41,565 bases of DNA from Nemertoderma westbladi (Eukaryota > Animalia > Xenacoelomorpha), in the NCBI GenBank assembly GCA_032718475.1, contig JAUCBJ010006081.1:1-41565 (forward strand), read 5' to 3'. The position numbers and the translations under genes were made by a program. This document shows, in pieces, positions 38,540 to 41,565 of the stretch. The number at the start of each line of letters is the position of its first letter. The stretch's first letter is position 1. The notes below the pieces were generated by a model. That model saw nothing but the letters and a program-made list of their open reading frames with translations. It was not told where the DNA came from and made no database searches.

Positions 38540-38903
38540 ACTACTCTTTATCACATATTTAAACTACTCTTACAAATTTTATAACATATTTAATTCTACT
38601 CTTACAAGTTTCAGAGTTTATCACATATTTAATCTACTCTTACAAATTTATCACATATTTAATCTACTCTTACAAGTGTTTATCACATATTTAAACTACA
38701 CTTACAAGTTTTATCACATATTTAATCTACTCTTACAAATTTATCACATATTTAAACTACTCTTACAAGTTTTATCACATATTTAAACTACACTTACAAG
38801 TTTTATCACATATTTAATCTACTCTTACAAATTTATCACATATTTTAAACTACTCTTACAAGTTTTATCACATATTTAAACTACTCTTACAAGTTTTATC
38901 ACA
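38540..38903. repeat. ~29-31-bp AT-rich minisatellite (ttatcacatatttaaactactcttacaagtt) ~12 copies
   Basis: Direct periodicity with small indels. Confidence 0.92.
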
Positions 38904-39287
38904 ATATATTTCGTGGGGGATATTGATATATAAAAATTAAAAATTCATGGTTTATGTTTAGAGAATAGTTTGCCAATGGCACTGGCAAGCCCTGTAATGC
39001 ATAACAGAACAGGACAGGAGGACTAAAAGGGTGTAGGCCTAAGTCTTGCACAGCTTACAGTATCTGCACTCAAATCAGACTAATAATTTTAAATAGAATA
39101 ATGCGAGGTCAGCGAGCAAAGAAAATTTTTCAATAATTTTCTTCACACAATGGTAATTACAACAATAGAAAATGAGAGCTTAGCGATTGGAAATTGTGAT
39201 TTGGGTTGAAAGGTCAGACAGCGGCAACGGTTTATGTTTATGTTATAAATTTTTGTTAATAGGATATTCAACAGTAGGCCTAGGCAT

Positions 39288-40508
39288 ATTATTGGTTCAC
39301 GGTCTTTGACATAAGTGACCATTATTACCGTAATGTGTGTGTGTGTGTGTGTTAGTGTGTGTGTGTGTGTGTGTGTGTGTCCAGAGCGATATCTCAGTTA
39401 TTTATTAATCAATCGAAATAAAATTTGGACAAAAGTTAGATATAGGGATGGCGAAGGCTCATACAAAAAATTGGGTGTCGAGATGGTATTTGTGCGATGT
39501 GAGCGCTATATTTGCGTGTTTTCGCATGGTTTAGGAAAAAGCTATCTTGTCATAGGGAATGCAATGAATGATTCTGATATTTGGCATGGAGGTACCTGAA
39601 TTATTTCTAAATCGATTAACGGAGGCCGATTTTTAAATTTGGACCTACATTATGACCTAATTGAAGATTTAATTAAGGTAATTAATTAGCATTAGCAATT
39701 ACCAATACTGCAGTACCGGTACTGCAGTCCTGTAGGCCCTAGACTGCTAGTATTGTCTGATTGTCTGCCTGTAGTTCATCTGTACCGGTAGACAATCTTA
39801 GCACTATGCACTACCTGCTAGCATACTGGCATAGCAGCAAACTGGCAGTACCAAGTACTGGTACTTCTGACTGCATTGGACTGGCAGACTGGCATAGCAT
39901 TTCAGTTTATTATTATCCATCAGGTAGCAGGGTAGGCTATGCCTGGCTTATATATAATATTTCGCCATGTTCGCAGGCGACTTTGCACTAACTACAGGTA
40001 GGCCTATGCAGCTATGCTATGAGATTAACCGTCCAGTCGTTCAGATGCATATGGTACCGGTACCGGAACGGGTTACAGTTTAATCCTGCATTTGTCAATT
40101 ACGACAATACCGGTACGACTTTGAGTACCGCTGTACGGTACGTACCCTACCGTAGGCGGTAGACCTACGGTGCGATGGTAGCCAACCGGTAGGTGGTAGG
40201 CTTACCGTACCGGTATAAATGTTGGCGGATGGCGGGATGACGTCGTGTGGCGCGTAATTACTTACCGGTTGCCGGTAGACGCCTACCCAACTCGTAACTG
40301 GTGGTCGTGGTCGTGGTGGGATGAGCATGAGGTCGCCTACGATGGGAACAAGTGAAAAGGAAACATAGGCCTACCCGAACGAAAACGTACCGGTCAGCCG
40401 CCAGCCGGTACCCGAATACTGGGTACGTTTCGACAATGATGTATCGGTTATTATTATTGTACTGATTAAGTAGGAGGACCGTGAACCCTCCAGGCTTGCC
40501 AGCTTGTT
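39288..40508 (+). mobile_element. Non-autonomous Helentron/DINE-1-like (HINE) element, second family
   Basis: Perfect 11-bp asymmetric subterminal inverted repeat ggttcacggtc (39294-39304) / gaccgtgaacc (40477-40487); (TG)n at 39334-39380 followed by a 'gatatctcag...aaatttgg' block; ends ...cttgtt. Confidence 0.72.
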
Positions 40509-41565
40509 AGCATTAGCACCGATAATCTTTACAAATTATAAACATTCAAACAATGCATTGAAAATATACGCTTAAAAGGCGAGTAGTAGATTTAGTGTCG
40601 CGCACACAAAACCTCAACTTTGTGTGTTAAAATCAGCATTATATACACTACACATAACAACGTCATGTTACACCGTCAAGAAAACAACAAAAAAATTAAA
40701 AATAACCTCATTTTAAGCATAGCAGGCCTTTGTTATAATGAGTCTGGTCTGGGTTTTTTGTTCAAACGGTGTGTTATACCGGTATAACTTAATGAATTGT
40801 CTTATACTACAGCCCACAATCGAATTTTCATATAGACAGTGATACTGTTACATACTATTTTGTTTATTGTAGTCCCTAAACCTATCATTTTGGGAATATC
40901 AATTTATTTATTCGCTGTTCGAAAAAATTCCGATTTCCCCATCCCGCATTGTGTTTTACCGACTTCTCAGACTCAATCGTCACGTTTTTTTTCTGACTTG
41001 GCTCAACATATCGTATGGGGGTGGGGGGTGGGGGGGGGGGGGGGGGGGGTGTCGCAGTGGTACCCCCAACACCCTATGGGTTGGCCCCTGAGTGTATGTT
41101 ACATCCCTACACATCAATATCTATTCACAATAATTTATACTGAAATCTTATTTATAATTGCCAAATTAGCAGATTATTGATAATGTTTCGAAGTAGGCTA
41201 GCGTCTGCGTCTGACCGTGACCGTACCTAAATATATTCATTCAGATATCAGATGTTCAAATATTCTTAGCATATTACTGTAGTATGCCTACACCTAATAA
41301 TTACTGTAGTATTGTATCTCGTTTCTTAAATGGGAATAAATGGTGCCTAGTACTGGTAGTATGGTTCTTTACTGGTGAAGAAAGCTAATCTAAGGTATGG
41401 ATGATACTGGCATGTGGATTTAAAATATAATGACATAATTAATTGTCAGAATTATTGATAGGTCCTACCATACCGGTAACTGTATTTTTATGAAAAAAAT
41501 AATTCTCACTTCCTGCCCTTGCTGCTCTATTTTATTTATTACGCTATAGATCAAGAAAAATTATT

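Overview
Repeat-dominated window from an animal (probably invertebrate) nuclear genome; about 22 kb of the 41.5 kb is three large satellite arrays. The giant ORFs in the track are artefacts of these arrays. Between the arrays I reconstruct the 3' part of a real + strand spliced gene: five phase-consistent GT-AG exons (17676-17900, 18579-18728, 22255-22423, 22696-22852, 23984-24342). They encode a TlpA/redoxin-like thioredoxin-fold protein with the motif FWTLWCKSS (CxxS). Each large satellite is anchored at an RNA-processing signal of this gene. A 48-bp unit containing the putative 3' splice site (CAG|GT) is amplified 225 times. A 3-kb G-rich 7-mer array begins exactly at a 5' splice site and ends in a consensus GTAAGT. 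A 35-bp array of about 244 copies begins 10 nt after the AATAAA. Also present: a decayed APE-RT LINE, Helentron/DINE-1-like elements (one tandemly duplicated), tRNA-derived SINEs, a TSD-flanked retroposon fragment and several minisatellites. All calls come from manual reading; no database searches were run.
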